Notes: a model not told the origin generated them from the letters alone. A DNA stretch of 64,000 nt from an uncultured Lentisphaeria bacterium (GCA_905197955.1 CAJKAR010000018.1:16374-80373); one strand, 5' to 3'. Shown: positions 27,908 to 37,396, counted from the first letter of the stretch. Numbers and translations are program-made.

Positions 27908-30900
27908 ATGAAATTTTCAAAATATCTGACGGCACTTTTCACAGGAGCCTCCTTCATTCTGCCTCTCGGAGCTCTGGATATTATGGATGGGGTCATGTAC
28001 GCCGTCCCGGCGCCTGCGAAGATCAGGATCGACGGCAAACTCAACGACTGGGATCACTCCGGAAAAGAGTGGCTCGCCCTCTCCCGCGAAGTTGCCGACC
28101 GCTTCTCCGGCGATGTCATGGTCATGTACGATGACAACGCCCTCTATCTTGCCGCCGATATCCTCACCGGCGGCGGTCCCATGAAAAACACCAACAAACC
28201 AGGAGAAAAACCGTGGATCGGCCATAATCTGGAGTTCCGCTGCATCGCGACACCGAAAGCGCCGCATCCCCTGCGCATTGCGAAAAACGACATCTCCGAT
28301 CCGAGCGTGAAGGACTACGCTCCCTATATCAAAACCATGGCGATCTGGATGGAAACCGTCACCCGTACCCCCCATATCACCTTCCAGGACGGCCCCCCGT
28401 ATCAGGGCAAAATGATCCACGATCCGGAAGGAGTGCAGCTTGCATTCGGAGAGACAAAAAATCCCGACCGCTATCAGATGGAAGCCCGCATTCCCTGGAA
28501 ACTCCTCGGCGTGGAATCCGGCAAAAATCCATTCAAGCCCGGCGAAGCCATGACGGCATTCTGGACCGTTCTCTGGCCGCAGAGCATCACCCAGCGCGCG
28601 GAGGCGCTCCGCATCGCGCCGACCACCGGATTCGGATGGGCATGGCACGGAGTCAATAAATGGGGCAGAATCGTCTTTGCTCCCGACAACAAGCTCAAAC
28701 GGCGCAATCCGGATCTGAAGACCTATCTGGCGCAGAGTGCGGAGGTGCCTGACTGCGACAGTTTCACCGTCAATATGCCGAAAGATGGAATGCTCTCGGT
28801 CAGCATCATCGGAAAAGACGGTTCCGTTCTTCGGGAAATCGCCGGAGGGGAACGTCATAAAAAAGGTCCCGTCACCCTCTACTGGGACGGCTTCGACTGG
28901 CGCGGCAACAAAATGCCTGTCGGCGAATACACCTGGAAAGCCTATGTTCATGATCCGCTGAAAGTCACGTTCACCGGAGCCGCCGGCACCTCCGCCAAGG
29001 TCCCGTATGAAACACAGGACGGCAGAGGAAACTGGGGCGGAAACATGGGACCCGCCACCGCCGTCGCCAGCGACGAACAGGGACTGTATTACCTCTGGGG
29101 CAGCAATGAAGGCGGACAATCCATCGTCAAAACCGATTTCGACAACAACGTCCTCTGGCGCACCACTCCGTATGTGATCGACGGCGGCTACGGTCCCCAT
29201 ACCGCCATCGGAGCCAACCGGAAATACGTCTATGTTCTTTCCGGCTGGTTCAACACCTTCCTCACCCGCTACGATGCGAAAAACGGACTCACGGCGCCGT
29301 TCGGCGATCAGCGTTTTCTCACGCTTGATTCCTACGGGAAAACCCCTCCCCAGCAGCTCGACTGGAATACGCCGATGCCTTCCGCCAACTCCATTGTCGT
29401 CACGGAAAAGGAAGTCTTCGTCCCCCTCCACTACAAAGGACAAATCCATGTCTACGACGCCGAAACCGGCGCCCTGAAACGCACCCTTCCCTGCGAATGG
29501 GCGCGCGGAGCCGCTCTCGACCGCAACGGCGACCTCTATGTTCTCACCATGCGCGACACCAACGGCTGGCACAACCGGGGCGCGGAACTGCATCGCTTTG
29601 CCAAGGCGCAAGGGAAATCCCGCATGGTCATGCGTCTGCCCGGACAGATCCAGAATCCCTGGAGCATCACAGCCCATGACGGAAAATTCTATATTTCCGA
29701 CAACGGATATTCCAATCAGATCTGGATTGTCTCGAACGGCAGGATCGCCGGAAGGCTCGGTACGGAAGGCGGTCGCCCGTGGTACGGTAAATACGATCCG
29801 AAAGGACTGCTTCATCCCGCAGGACTCCACATCGACCGGTTCGGCAAGCTGCATGTCGCGCAGGCCGCCATTCCGAGCGTCTTCCAGAAATACGATGCAA
29901 AGACTCTTGCGCTGGAGGGAGAGCTCTTCGGAGAGGTCGGGTACTGTCCGCCGAGCTGGCCGGACTGCGATGATCCGCTTCTTGTGTACGTCAAGGACTA
30001 CTTCTCCAACGGTCTGATCCGCAGCCGTCTCAAAGGCGACGGCACCTCCTCCGGAACCGAAGCCTACTGGCGCTTCTCCAAAATGGACTGGCCCTATTCA
30101 CTGCAATCCTGGCTCTCCAATTACAAGGTTCCGCGAGTCTTCCGGGGACCGGGCAATCTCAAGTACATGTTTGCCGCAGGACTGAATGCGAATCCCGCCG
30201 TGCTCGTGCGCATGGAAGGCGATACGCTCAAACCGGTCAACAGCTTCGGCACCGACGGCATCCGGAACGGACTCAAAGTCTGGAGCGACCGCAACGGAAA
30301 CGGAAAAATCGATCCGGAAGAAATCCGCATCGTCACAAAACTTGCCGGACAGACACTCGATGCAAAATGGCAGGCTCATGCAAGCAAAGTCGATGACCGC
30401 GGCAACATCTATCTCACGGCAAGCGACAACAAAGTCTACTTCATTCCCTTCCGCTCGCAGGGGAAAAACGGCTGCATGGAGTGGGATTTCGACCGATCCA
30501 GGATTCTCGTCCGGGAAATCATTCCGGGAGCCAGAACGCCGCTGTTCTACACCGCGCGCGAGCAGATCACCGGAATCGACGAGGACAGCAAGGGAAATCT
30601 CTATCTTTCGTTCAACACGAACCTCAAGTACGCCTCGCCCGAATGGACAAGCAAACTGAAGTTCGGACTCGGTCACAGCGGACGCTTCAATGCGGTCAAG
30701 ATCGTCTCGTTCGATCCGCAGGGCAGACAGCGTTTCCTGGTTGGCCGGAAAGCCACCGGAGTCCTGCGCGACGGCGAAATGTATCATCACTGGACCCAGG
30801 CGGGAATGCTCGGCGATCACTATGTGGCAGTCGGCTCCGAATGGACCCCCTTCACGCTCTATACCTCCGACGGTTTCTTCGTCCAGTCGCTTCTGGCGGA

Positions 30901-31816
30901 CCCGAACCGCGGCGAAACACCGAGTCCGTTCAGTCTCGGCGGCGGAGAGACCTTCGCCGGTCAGCTCCGTTATTTCCCCGAACGCTCCGAAGCCTATCTC
31001 TATACCGGCAACACGCACGGAATGGTCTATCGGATCGAAGGGCTCAACAAGGACGGGACAATCAAAGGGGAAAAACGCTTCTCCGGAACAATGAAACTGA
31101 CACGTCATCTTGACCCGTTCGCGGAAAAAACGGAAACGGCAAAGGCGGTCTTTGAACCGCTCAGCGATCCGCTCCGGACGGGTGAATGGAAAAGTTCCGT
31201 CGTACTCAACGACAACAGCGGACGCCGTCTGGCAGACGTCAGTTTCGGATACGACAGCTCCATGCTTTATGCCCGCTTCCTCGTCCGGAATCCGAAGCCG
31301 TTCGTCAATCGTGCGGATGATCCGGCAATGGCATTCAAGATGGGCGATTCCGTCGGATTCTATCTCGGAAAGCCCGGCAGAAAAGCTCCGACCGATACGG
31401 TCCGGATTCTTGCCACCATTCTGAAAGGCAAACCCGTCGTCATCGGTTTCTTCCCGAAGTCCGGAGCTTTGAAGCAGCCGTATGAGTACTTCACAACAGC
31501 GGGCGGGCGCGTCAGGTATGAGTTCGCCGGAGTCATTCCGGATGCGCGCGCGGTCTTCCGGCCGAACAACGGAGGATATACGGTCGAAATCGCCGTTCCC
31601 CGCAGAGCTCTGCCGGATTATGAATTCAAAAAAGGCGGTAAGATCGCTCTGGAAGCCGAAGTGCTTCTCTCCGGAAACGGAATACGCGGACTTCAGACCC
31701 TCTCCCGCAACCACCTCTTCACGCCGCGTTCCGCCGGACAGGCAAAGATGGTGGATGATATTCCGAGCGAAGCCAGAATCTATCCGCAGTACATGAAAAA
31801 CGCGGAAATCAGATAA
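27908..31816 (+). CDS. 1302-aa secreted multidomain protein (N-terminal CBM9-like, FlgD-Ig-like, NHL-like beta-propeller, CBM9/DOMON-like C-terminus); paralog of 22400..26353
   Basis: The ATG at 27908 gives signal peptide MKFSKYLTALFTGASFILPLGA. The 27845 extension is rejected. CBM9-like IRIDGKLNDWDHSG. FlgD-Ig-like VTLYWDGFDWRGNKMPVGEYTWKAYV. NHL-like blades are present. The C-terminus ...DDIPSEARIYPQYMKN parallels ...ADVPSEIRLTPNYMKK in the paralog. Confidence 0.85.
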   Translation: MKFSKYLTALFTGASFILPLGALDIMDGVMYAVPAPAKIRIDGKLNDWDHSGKEWLALSREVADRFSGDVMVMYDDNALYLAADILTGGGPMKNTNKPGEKPWIGHNLEFRCIATPKAPHPLRIAKNDISDPSVKDYAPYIKTMAIWMETVTRTPHITFQDGPPYQGKMIHDPEGVQLAFGETKNPDRYQMEARIPWKLLGVESGKNPFKPGEAMTAFWTVLWPQSITQRAEALRIAPTTGFGWAWHGVNKWGRIVFAPDNKLKRRNPDLKTYLAQSAEVPDCDSFTVNMPKDGMLSVSIIGKDGSVLREIAGGERHKKGPVTLYWDGFDWRGNKMPVGEYTWKAYVHDPLKVTFTGAAGTSAKVPYETQDGRGNWGGNMGPATAVASDEQGLYYLWGSNEGGQSIVKTDFDNNVLWRTTPYVIDGGYGPHTAIGANRKYVYVLSGWFNTFLTRYDAKNGLTAPFGDQRFLTLDSYGKTPPQQLDWNTPMPSANSIVVTEKEVFVPLHYKGQIHVYDAETGALKRTLPCEWARGAALDRNGDLYVLTMRDTNGWHNRGAELHRFAKAQGKSRMVMRLPGQIQNPWSITAHDGKFYISDNGYSNQIWIVSNGRIAGRLGTEGGRPWYGKYDPKGLLHPAGLHIDRFGKLHVAQAAIPSVFQKYDAKTLALEGELFGEVGYCPPSWPDCDDPLLVYVKDYFSNGLIRSRLKGDGTSSGTEAYWRFSKMDWPYSLQSWLSNYKVPRVFRGPGNLKYMFAAGLNANPAVLVRMEGDTLKPVNSFGTDGIRNGLKVWSDRNGNGKIDPEEIRIVTKLAGQTLDAKWQAHASKVDDRGNIYLTASDNKVYFIPFRSQGKNGCMEWDFDRSRILVREIIPGARTPLFYTAREQITGIDEDSKGNLYLSFNTNLKYASPEWTSKLKFGLGHSGRFNAVKIVSFDPQGRQRFLVGRKATGVLRDGEMYHHWTQAGMLGDHYVAVGSEWTPFTLYTSDGFFVQSLLADPNRGETPSPFSLGGGETFAGQLRYFPERSEAYLYTGNTHGMVYRIEGLNKDGTIKGEKRFSGTMKLTRHLDPFAEKTETAKAVFEPLSDPLRTGEWKSSVVLNDNSGRRLADVSFGYDSSMLYARFLVRNPKPFVNRADDPAMAFKMGDSVGFYLGKPGRKAPTDTVRILATILKGKPVVIGFFPKSGALKQPYEYFTTAGGRVRYEFAGVIPDARAVFRPNNGGYTVEIAVPRRALPDYEFKKGGKIALEAEVLLSGNGIRGLQTLSRNHLFTPRSAGQAKMVDDIPSEARIYPQYMKNAEIR

Positions 31817-31842
31817 ACGGCACGATCGGACAATCTGAAACG

Positions 31843-31878
31843 GGGCCGTCGGAACTCACTCCGGCGGCTCTGTTTTTT
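31843..31878 (+). terminator. rho-independent terminator of the module-1 operon
   Basis: 11-bp stem (31843-31853 pairs with 31860-31870, including two G-U pairs), loop actcac, followed by tgTTTTTT. Confidence 0.85.
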
Positions 31879-31917
31879 CCAAGTGCAATCACCAAGTGCA
31901 ATCACCAAGTGCAATCA
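31879..31917. repeat. three perfect tandem copies of the 13-mer CCAAGTGCAATCA (plus a partial fourth, CCGAGT)
   Basis: Read directly at 31879-31891, 31892-31904 and 31905-31917. Sits between the terminator and the putative -35 of the next gene. Confidence 0.95.
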
Positions 31918-31924
31918 CCGAGTC

Positions 31925-31952
31925 TTGCATCCGCGCCAAATAGCGGTACATT
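31925..31952 (+). promoter_or_regulatory. putative promoter of 31983..33647
   Basis: TTGCAT (31925-31930), a 16-nt spacer, then TACATT (31947-31952). An AGGAG SD lies at 31971-31975. Confidence 0.35.
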
Positions 31953-31982
31953 ATCCATACATCAAAAAAAAGGAGTCTGCTC

Positions 31983-33647
31983 GTGAATATGGACAAACTG
32001 TTGAAATCCGTCGAACCGCGATTCGACGAAGCCGTTTCCATGCCTTCTTCGATCTGTCATTCCATCGGCTACCACAGCCGTCTGCCCGACGGGTGCATCT
32101 GTCACAGCACTAGAGAAGCGATTTATTACGCGCTGGCGCTGATCCGCTCCGGAAAAAAGAAAAATCTTGAACGAGCCGAAAAGGTCATCCGCGCCGTTCT
32201 GGCGCTTCAGGAGACCAATCCTTACAAACAGACCTACGGCATCTGGCCGTGGTTCCAGGAGGAACCCCTCCCGAAAATGGCGCCGCCCGACTGGAACTGG
32301 GCGGATTTCATCGGAGCCGCGCTCTGCCATATCCTGATCGAACACAAAAAAGAGCTTCCGAAACCGCTCGTCAAAGAGATCACCGATGCTTTGGAACGGG
32401 CAGCATGGTCCATCTTCCGGCGGAATGTGCAGCCGAATTATACGAACATCGCTCTCATGGGAGCCGCTGTCACATCCGCGGCAGGACGGATTCTCAAAAA
32501 CGATCTGCTCACCGAATACGCCCGGGAACGGATCAAAGCGTTCTGGGAATTCACGGAGGAGACCGGCGGACTCAATGAATACAACAGTCCGACCTATACC
32601 TTTATCGCCCTCTTTGAAACAGAACGCATTCTCCAGCTCTCCAAAGACCCTGAAACGTGCGAATATGCGGAAAAGCTCCGCCGTCTTATCTGGCAGTCGC
32701 TCGCGGACCACTACCATCCCGCGACCGGACAGCTAGCAGGACCGCACAGCCGGGCCTATGCCTCGTGCCTTAATCCGGGAATCATCCGTTATCTCACGGA
32801 AATGACCGGAGTCGACATCCCCGGGGCCGATCCGAAAGAGGAAAAAACTGATCTGAGTCTCTTTTCCGGTGAAACCCATCTGCCATGTCCGAAAAACATC
32901 GCAAAACGCTTCCGCAAACTCCCGAAAAAAGAGCTGGAATCCACACAGCGATTCATCAAACGGGAGCCGGATTCCGATTCCTTCTACGGCACCACATGGA
33001 TGACAGAACAGGTAGCATTCGGTTCCATCAGCCGCTGCTGCACCTGGGTGCAGGGACATCCGCTGATCGCCTACTGGGTCAACGGGAAAAAACCGGCGGT
33101 CTTCCATTTCAACTTCCTGAAAAACGGAAGAGAGTTCTCCTCCATGGGACTCCGCACGGCGCAGAAGAAAAACATCGCTCTGACCGCCTTCCATCCGCTG
33201 ACCGACCGCGGAGACTATCACATTCATCTCGACCATCCGGCGGATCAGACTTTCCACGCAGCCGAACTCGTTCTCCGCTACAAGCTGGAAGCCGAAAATG
33301 CGGAAGTCTGCGAACTCTCCGATGCGGTATTTGAACTCCGTGCCGGAGACTGGAAGGCTGTCGTTCACGTTCCGGAGGGATCGTTCGAAGGAGCTCCAAC
33401 GGCCTGTGCCTGCGGAAAAACAGAAAACGGCGCATACGTCGATATCATCTGCTATGCCGGCCCTGAAAAGGCATTCAAGTTCGATGAATCCCTTCAGGAT
33501 CAGCTGGCGGTCTCAGTCGAGATCCTCAAAGCGGATGAAAAAGTCTCCGCAGACCTGCCTGATGTAAAATCCAAAGGCGACACCGTCACCGCCGCATGGC
33601 GCGGACTTAACGTCACAGTCCCCCTCCACGGTGTCCCATACGACTGA
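31983..33647 (+). CDS. cytoplasmic protein of unknown function, mostly helical N-terminal half (possibly alpha/alpha-toroid-like) and beta-rich C-terminal half
   Basis: 554-aa ORF. The GTG at 31983 is 7 nt after the AGGAG SD (alternative ATG at 31989). No signal peptide. Trp/aromatic-rich helical segments (YGIWPWFQEEPLPKMAPPDWNWADFIG). No motif I can assign to a named family. Confidence 0.6.
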   Translation: MNMDKLLKSVEPRFDEAVSMPSSICHSIGYHSRLPDGCICHSTREAIYYALALIRSGKKKNLERAEKVIRAVLALQETNPYKQTYGIWPWFQEEPLPKMAPPDWNWADFIGAALCHILIEHKKELPKPLVKEITDALERAAWSIFRRNVQPNYTNIALMGAAVTSAAGRILKNDLLTEYARERIKAFWEFTEETGGLNEYNSPTYTFIALFETERILQLSKDPETCEYAEKLRRLIWQSLADHYHPATGQLAGPHSRAYASCLNPGIIRYLTEMTGVDIPGADPKEEKTDLSLFSGETHLPCPKNIAKRFRKLPKKELESTQRFIKREPDSDSFYGTTWMTEQVAFGSISRCCTWVQGHPLIAYWVNGKKPAVFHFNFLKNGREFSSMGLRTAQKKNIALTAFHPLTDRGDYHIHLDHPADQTFHAAELVLRYKLEAENAEVCELSDAVFELRAGDWKAVVHVPEGSFEGAPTACACGKTENGAYVDIICYAGPEKAFKFDESLQDQLAVSVEILKADEKVSADLPDVKSKGDTVTAAWRGLNVTVPLHGVPYD

Positions 33648-33666
33648 TCTCCATCCTCAAAACGCC

Positions 33667-33713
33667 AGAGCCGTTTGCTTCCCCACTCCGGAAACAAACG
33701 GCTCTTTTCTTTC
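33667..33713 (+). terminator. rho-independent terminator
   Basis: AGAGCCGTTTG (33667-33677) pairs with CAAACGGCTCT (33695-33705), followed by TTTCTTTC. Confidence 0.8.
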
Positions 33714-33781
33714 TCTGAACAATTTCCATACCAAAATCAGCCAATTTTCCAAAAAAATCTCTTTTTTTCCAAAAATCAGGC

Positions 33782-33810
33782 TTGACAGGGACATGTTTAA
33801 GATGTATTAT
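33782..33810 (+). promoter_or_regulatory. consensus-like sigma70 promoter of module 2 (GH5-regulator-pseudopilin)
   Basis: TTGACA (33782-33787), a 17-nt spacer, then TATTAT (33805-33810). Confidence 0.65.
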
Positions 33811-33834
33811 CACAACATGTTTAAGATGTATTAT
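33791..33834. repeat. direct duplication of the 20-mer ACATGTTTAAGATGTATTAT at a 24-bp period; each copy holds a 15-bp near-palindrome and a -10-like hexamer
   Basis: Copy 1 is 33791-33810 and copy 2 is 33815-33834, and they are identical. In ACATgTTtAAgATGT 6 of 7 arm positions pair. Confidence 0.9.
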
Positions 33835-33871
33835 TCAACTGATTTCAGGAAATCAAACAAGGGGAACACCG

Positions 33872-35518
33872 ATGAAACAAATGAAATCTGCCGGATTACT
33901 GTTACTGCTGCTCCTCCTTTCATTCGTGACAGGCGCCGGGGCGAGAGAACAGAAAGTGTTCTTTGCCGGAGACAAAAACGCGAACTGGTCGCTGAGCGAA
34001 TACGCCAGCTGGGTTGAACTTCCCGATGGAAACACTGCTCTGGAGATCCGGATCCCCCGGAACGCACCGATTCAGAACATCACCTACGGAGCAAGCCGGG
34101 AACTGGATCTGCGCTCTTTCCGGGGAAAACAGATCGTCATATCGGGAACCGTCAGCGCCAAAGAGGTTCCGGAACGGAACGAGGGGCACCGCTGCGTGAA
34201 ACTCATGTTATATCATCGGGGAAAAACAGGGAATCGTTACATTCCCTCCTCGTATCGTCTGTGGGGATCGTTTCCGGAAAGCAGACTGGAACTGGCATTC
34301 ACCGTTCCGGAAGATGTCGGCAAAAACACCCTGATGGTCGGCGTACAGCACAACACAGGCGTTGTTCTGGCAAAAGACCTGAAACTGGAAGTCAAAGAGT
34401 TCTATCCGGCGCCGGTCCCGATTCCGGATCATTTCCGCTGCGAGTATTCCGACGCGGTCCGGAACGCACCGCGTCTGCGCGGAGCCGGACTGATCTCCAC
34501 GGCAACGCCGGCGGACATACGGTCGCTGGCAGACAACGGAGCGAACCTCGTCCGCTGGTGGATCCGCTACGACCACAACGACAAGACCCTGAAAAGTCTG
34601 GATCAGGCTCTGGACCGTCTGGAATCCCTGCTGCCCGAATTCGAAAAACAGAACCTGAAAGTGATTCCCGTCCTCAACAACATCCCCGGCGGCCGATTCG
34701 CCAAACCGGTCATGCTCGGAATCAACGCTGCCGATGAAATCTCCAGAAGCCAAAGCAATTTCCAGCTTTTCTTCGACCGGGAACTGCTGGATCTCTATGT
34801 CCGAATCTGGGAAAAAACCGCACAGCGTTTCCGGAACAGGCCCGTCATCTACGGATACAGCGTCATGAATGAGCCGTCGCAGTTCGGCAAAGTTCCGTAT
34901 GATTATCTCTACTGCCAGTACCTTGCGGCAAAAGCGATCCGCCGGATCGATCCGGAAAAACCGATCTACATCGCCGCAAACAACTGGGATAAAGCCGATG
35001 CGTTCGCCTATCTCAAACCTCTTCCGCTGAAAAACATCCTCTATGAAGTCCACATGTACACGCCGCATGGCTATACTCATCAGGGAGTCGGTGCGACCAT
35101 CGAAAACATCAAACGGGGAAAATTCTTCGCCTATCCCGGAAAAATCGGAGATATGGAATACAATCGCGCCATTCTCCGCCAGACCCTCCAGCCCGCTGTG
35201 GATTTCCAGAAAAAATACGGAGCCAAAATCTACTGCGGCGAATTCTCCGTGATCCGCTGGGCTCCCGGCGGAGCGCAATATCTGGAGGACCTCTGCTCCA
35301 TCTTTGAAGAACTCGGCTGGGACTGGTCATACCACTGCCATCGGGAATGGATGAACTGGAGCTTCGAATATCCGAGCTCCTACGGCAGCAACAAAACGGC
35401 GCAGGAACCGACAGACCGTCAGAAAGTCCTTCAACGCTACTGGAAGAAAAATGCGTCCGCCTCTTCCGTCATTGCATCCCCCTCCCCCCGGCAGGCGGAC
35501 AGAAAGGCGGGACAATAA
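33872..35518 (+). CDS. secreted glycoside hydrolase family 5-like enzyme with an N-terminal beta-sandwich domain
   Basis: The ATG at 33872 gives signal peptide MKQMKSAGLLLLLLLLSFVTGAGA. The acid/base motif is YSVMNEPSQ and the nucleophile motif is IYCGEFSVIRW. Paralogous to 49261..51477. Confidence 0.8.
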   Translation: MKQMKSAGLLLLLLLLSFVTGAGAREQKVFFAGDKNANWSLSEYASWVELPDGNTALEIRIPRNAPIQNITYGASRELDLRSFRGKQIVISGTVSAKEVPERNEGHRCVKLMLYHRGKTGNRYIPSSYRLWGSFPESRLELAFTVPEDVGKNTLMVGVQHNTGVVLAKDLKLEVKEFYPAPVPIPDHFRCEYSDAVRNAPRLRGAGLISTATPADIRSLADNGANLVRWWIRYDHNDKTLKSLDQALDRLESLLPEFEKQNLKVIPVLNNIPGGRFAKPVMLGINAADEISRSQSNFQLFFDRELLDLYVRIWEKTAQRFRNRPVIYGYSVMNEPSQFGKVPYDYLYCQYLAAKAIRRIDPEKPIYIAANNWDKADAFAYLKPLPLKNILYEVHMYTPHGYTHQGVGATIENIKRGKFFAYPGKIGDMEYNRAILRQTLQPAVDFQKKYGAKIYCGEFSVIRWAPGGAQYLEDLCSIFEELGWDWSYHCHREWMNWSFEYPSSYGSNKTAQEPTDRQKVLQRYWKKNASASSVIASPSPRQADRKAGQ

Positions 35519-35519
35519 C

Positions 35520-36584
35520 ATGGCTCAAATCATGCCGGAATACATGCGGGTGCGACAGTACCTCTACAATCTCATCAGCAACTGCGACGGGGAATCCATG
35601 CAGATCCCGCCGGAAAATGAACTCTGCCGAATTTTCGGAGTCAGCCGCGTCACCGTCCGCGGAGCCATCCGCGAACTGATCCGGGAAAATCTTCTGGTCA
35701 CCCGGCGCGGTCTCGGAACCTTCATCCATCCGGACGCCGTCCCCAAACAGCACATCCGTCTGCCGGTCATCGGGATTCTCTCCGGCGACGGCCGCCAGAC
35801 CTATCAGTCCTCCGATCCCACCGTCATGCAGGCGATCCGCCGCTGCGCCATGCTCTCCGAATCCCTTTATCTTCCGGATTCCAAAACCCCGGAACGACTG
35901 CTGGAAATCATCCGCAACAACATCGCCGGCGTGATCTGGACCGAACCTTCCCCAAAACTGATACCCTATCTTCAGGCGATCCGCAACAGCGGAAAACCTC
36001 TGCTCCTCATAAGCAACAGATTCGACCGGGATTTCGATTCCGTCCGGGATGCCCCCGCCGAACGCGGCATGCTTCTGGCAAATCACTTCGTTTCACTGGG
36101 ACACCGCCATGTTCTCTATCTGCACAACTATCCGGCGGAAGGCGGATTCGATCGGCCAGAACAGCCGGAGACAACTTCGGGATCTCTCATGCGTCATCTG
36201 CATGAGCTCACGGGAAACGGATCCGTCGGCTTTCTCTCCCTGCTCGAATTCGAACAGTTCCTTGCGGAACACGGCATCGGCAAATATACGGTTCTCTATT
36301 CCGATGCAAATCTGGTCCGCCCGGTGATGAAGCTCCTGAACGATGCGGAGATCCGGGTCCCGGAGGATATCTCCTATCTCACCGCCTGGCAACCCTCCCC
36401 CAGATTCTTCCACGGAGAAACGCCCGCATGGCTCGACTGCGATTCCGATAAAATCGAATGCATTGTCGAATGGCTCCAGCGGAAAATCATCGACGGCGAA
36501 CAGGCACCCTTCCTCGCCACAGCCTCCACCACGCTCCACAACGGAAATACCCTGCGTCCCAATAAAAAGAAAGGAAACGCATGA
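35520..36584 (+). CDS. AraR-like regulator (GntR HTH plus PBP1 sugar-binding domain), module 2
   Basis: [19 protein letters not shown]...[41 protein letters not shown]. Starts 1 nt after the GH5 stop. The 35451 ORF extension is rejected. Confidence 0.85.
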   Translation: MAQIMPEYMRVRQYLYNLISNCDGESMQIPPENELCRIFGVSRVTVRGAIRELIRENLLVTRRGLGTFIHPDAVPKQHIRLPVIGILSGDGRQTYQSSDPTVMQAIRRCAMLSESLYLPDSKTPERLLEIIRNNIAGVIWTEPSPKLIPYLQAIRNSGKPLLLISNRFDRDFDSVRDAPAERGMLLANHFVSLGHRHVLYLHNYPAEGGFDRPEQPETTSGSLMRHLHELTGNGSVGFLSLLEFEQFLAEHGIGKYTVLYSDANLVRPVMKLLNDAEIRVPEDISYLTAWQPSPRFFHGETPAWLDCDSDKIECIVEWLQRKIIDGEQAPFLATASTTLHNGNTLRPNKKKGNA

Positions 36585-37351
36585 TGAAACGAATCTTCAC
36601 TATGATAGAACTTCTTATTGTCATCGCAATCATTGCCATTCTGATTTCGATTCTTCTTCCAGCACTCCGGAAAGCAAGAAACAATGCCCATGAACTGGCC
36701 TGCAAATCGAATCTGAAAACAATCGGATCGGCATCGGCGATGTACAGTTCCGACTATGACGACTGGATCGTCTACATCAACGACCGCTCCTGGTCCGCCA
36801 GCTGGAAGGCAACAGATTTCTGGACGGGAAAACTCAGCATGTACGGAGCAAAACACGGGAAAAATGCAACGGAATGCCTGAATCCAGCCCGTCCCTCCGT
36901 CTTCCGCTGTCCCGCCTATCCGGACTGGAGAAGTCAGGAAGATGCGTCGAATGCCGGTTATTATCTCTCCACCTCCTCCCACTACGCGGCAAACGTCTTT
37001 CTCTGCGGCAAAACGCCGACTGCGGCCATTCAGAATTACGCCCACAGGAATATTGATCTCCGGGCACCGACCCGTGTCATTTTCGCCGGAGACTCCCTGC
37101 TCACAATCGACAGTCTCCAGGGAACCTATTCCTTCTATTACCGGCACGGCAGCGGCGATCCCCGTCCGAAAACCAGCGCAACGGTCAATAACGACTACAC
37201 TTCCATGATCGCCGGACGCGCCAACACTCTCTATGCGGATGGTCATATCGCATCCCGTTCGTTTCAGCCGGATCAGAACCGCTGGCATCCGCTGGCCAAC
37301 GAGGGATTCTACGGCGACACCTATACGGCCCGGGGCTCCCGGATCCAGTAA
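36581..37351 (+). CDS. pseudopilin-like protein (prepilin-type N-terminus), module 2
   Basis: [30 protein letters not shown]-terminus is ...[16 protein letters not shown] (DGH retained, upstream His displaced). ATGA overlap with the regulator stop (36581-36584). Confidence 0.9.
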   Translation: MMKRIFTMIELLIVIAIIAILISILLPALRKARNNAHELACKSNLKTIGSASAMYSSDYDDWIVYINDRSWSASWKATDFWTGKLSMYGAKHGKNATECLNPARPSVFRCPAYPDWRSQEDASNAGYYLSTSSHYAANVFLCGKTPTAAIQNYAHRNIDLRAPTRVIFAGDSLLTIDSLQGTYSFYYRHGSGDPRPKTSATVNNDYTSMIAGRANTLYADGHIASRSFQPDQNRWHPLANEGFYGDTYTARGSRIQ

Positions 37352-37352
37352 T

Positions 37353-37385
37353 CCCGCTGCAGGCTATCCTGCGGCGGGAAAAAAA
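37353..37385. other. strong hairpin at a convergent gene boundary (possible non-canonical terminator)
   Basis: CCCGCTGCAGG (37353-37363) pairs with CCTGCGGCGGG (37368-37378), tetraloop ctat. Followed by A7 on the plus strand, so neither strand has a canonical 3' U-tract. Confidence 0.4.
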
Positions 37386-37396
37386 TCAAGCGCACA

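Noticed and set aside
31879-31917. Whether the 13-bp, 14-bp (45762-45810) or 20-bp (33791-33834) repeats could be a CRISPR array or a mobile-element end.
   Set aside because: The 13- and 14-bp arrays are head-to-tail with no spacers, and the 20-bp copies are only 4 nt apart. The units are far shorter than CRISPR repeats. There are no cas genes, transposase, integrase or flanking target-site duplications anywhere in the window.
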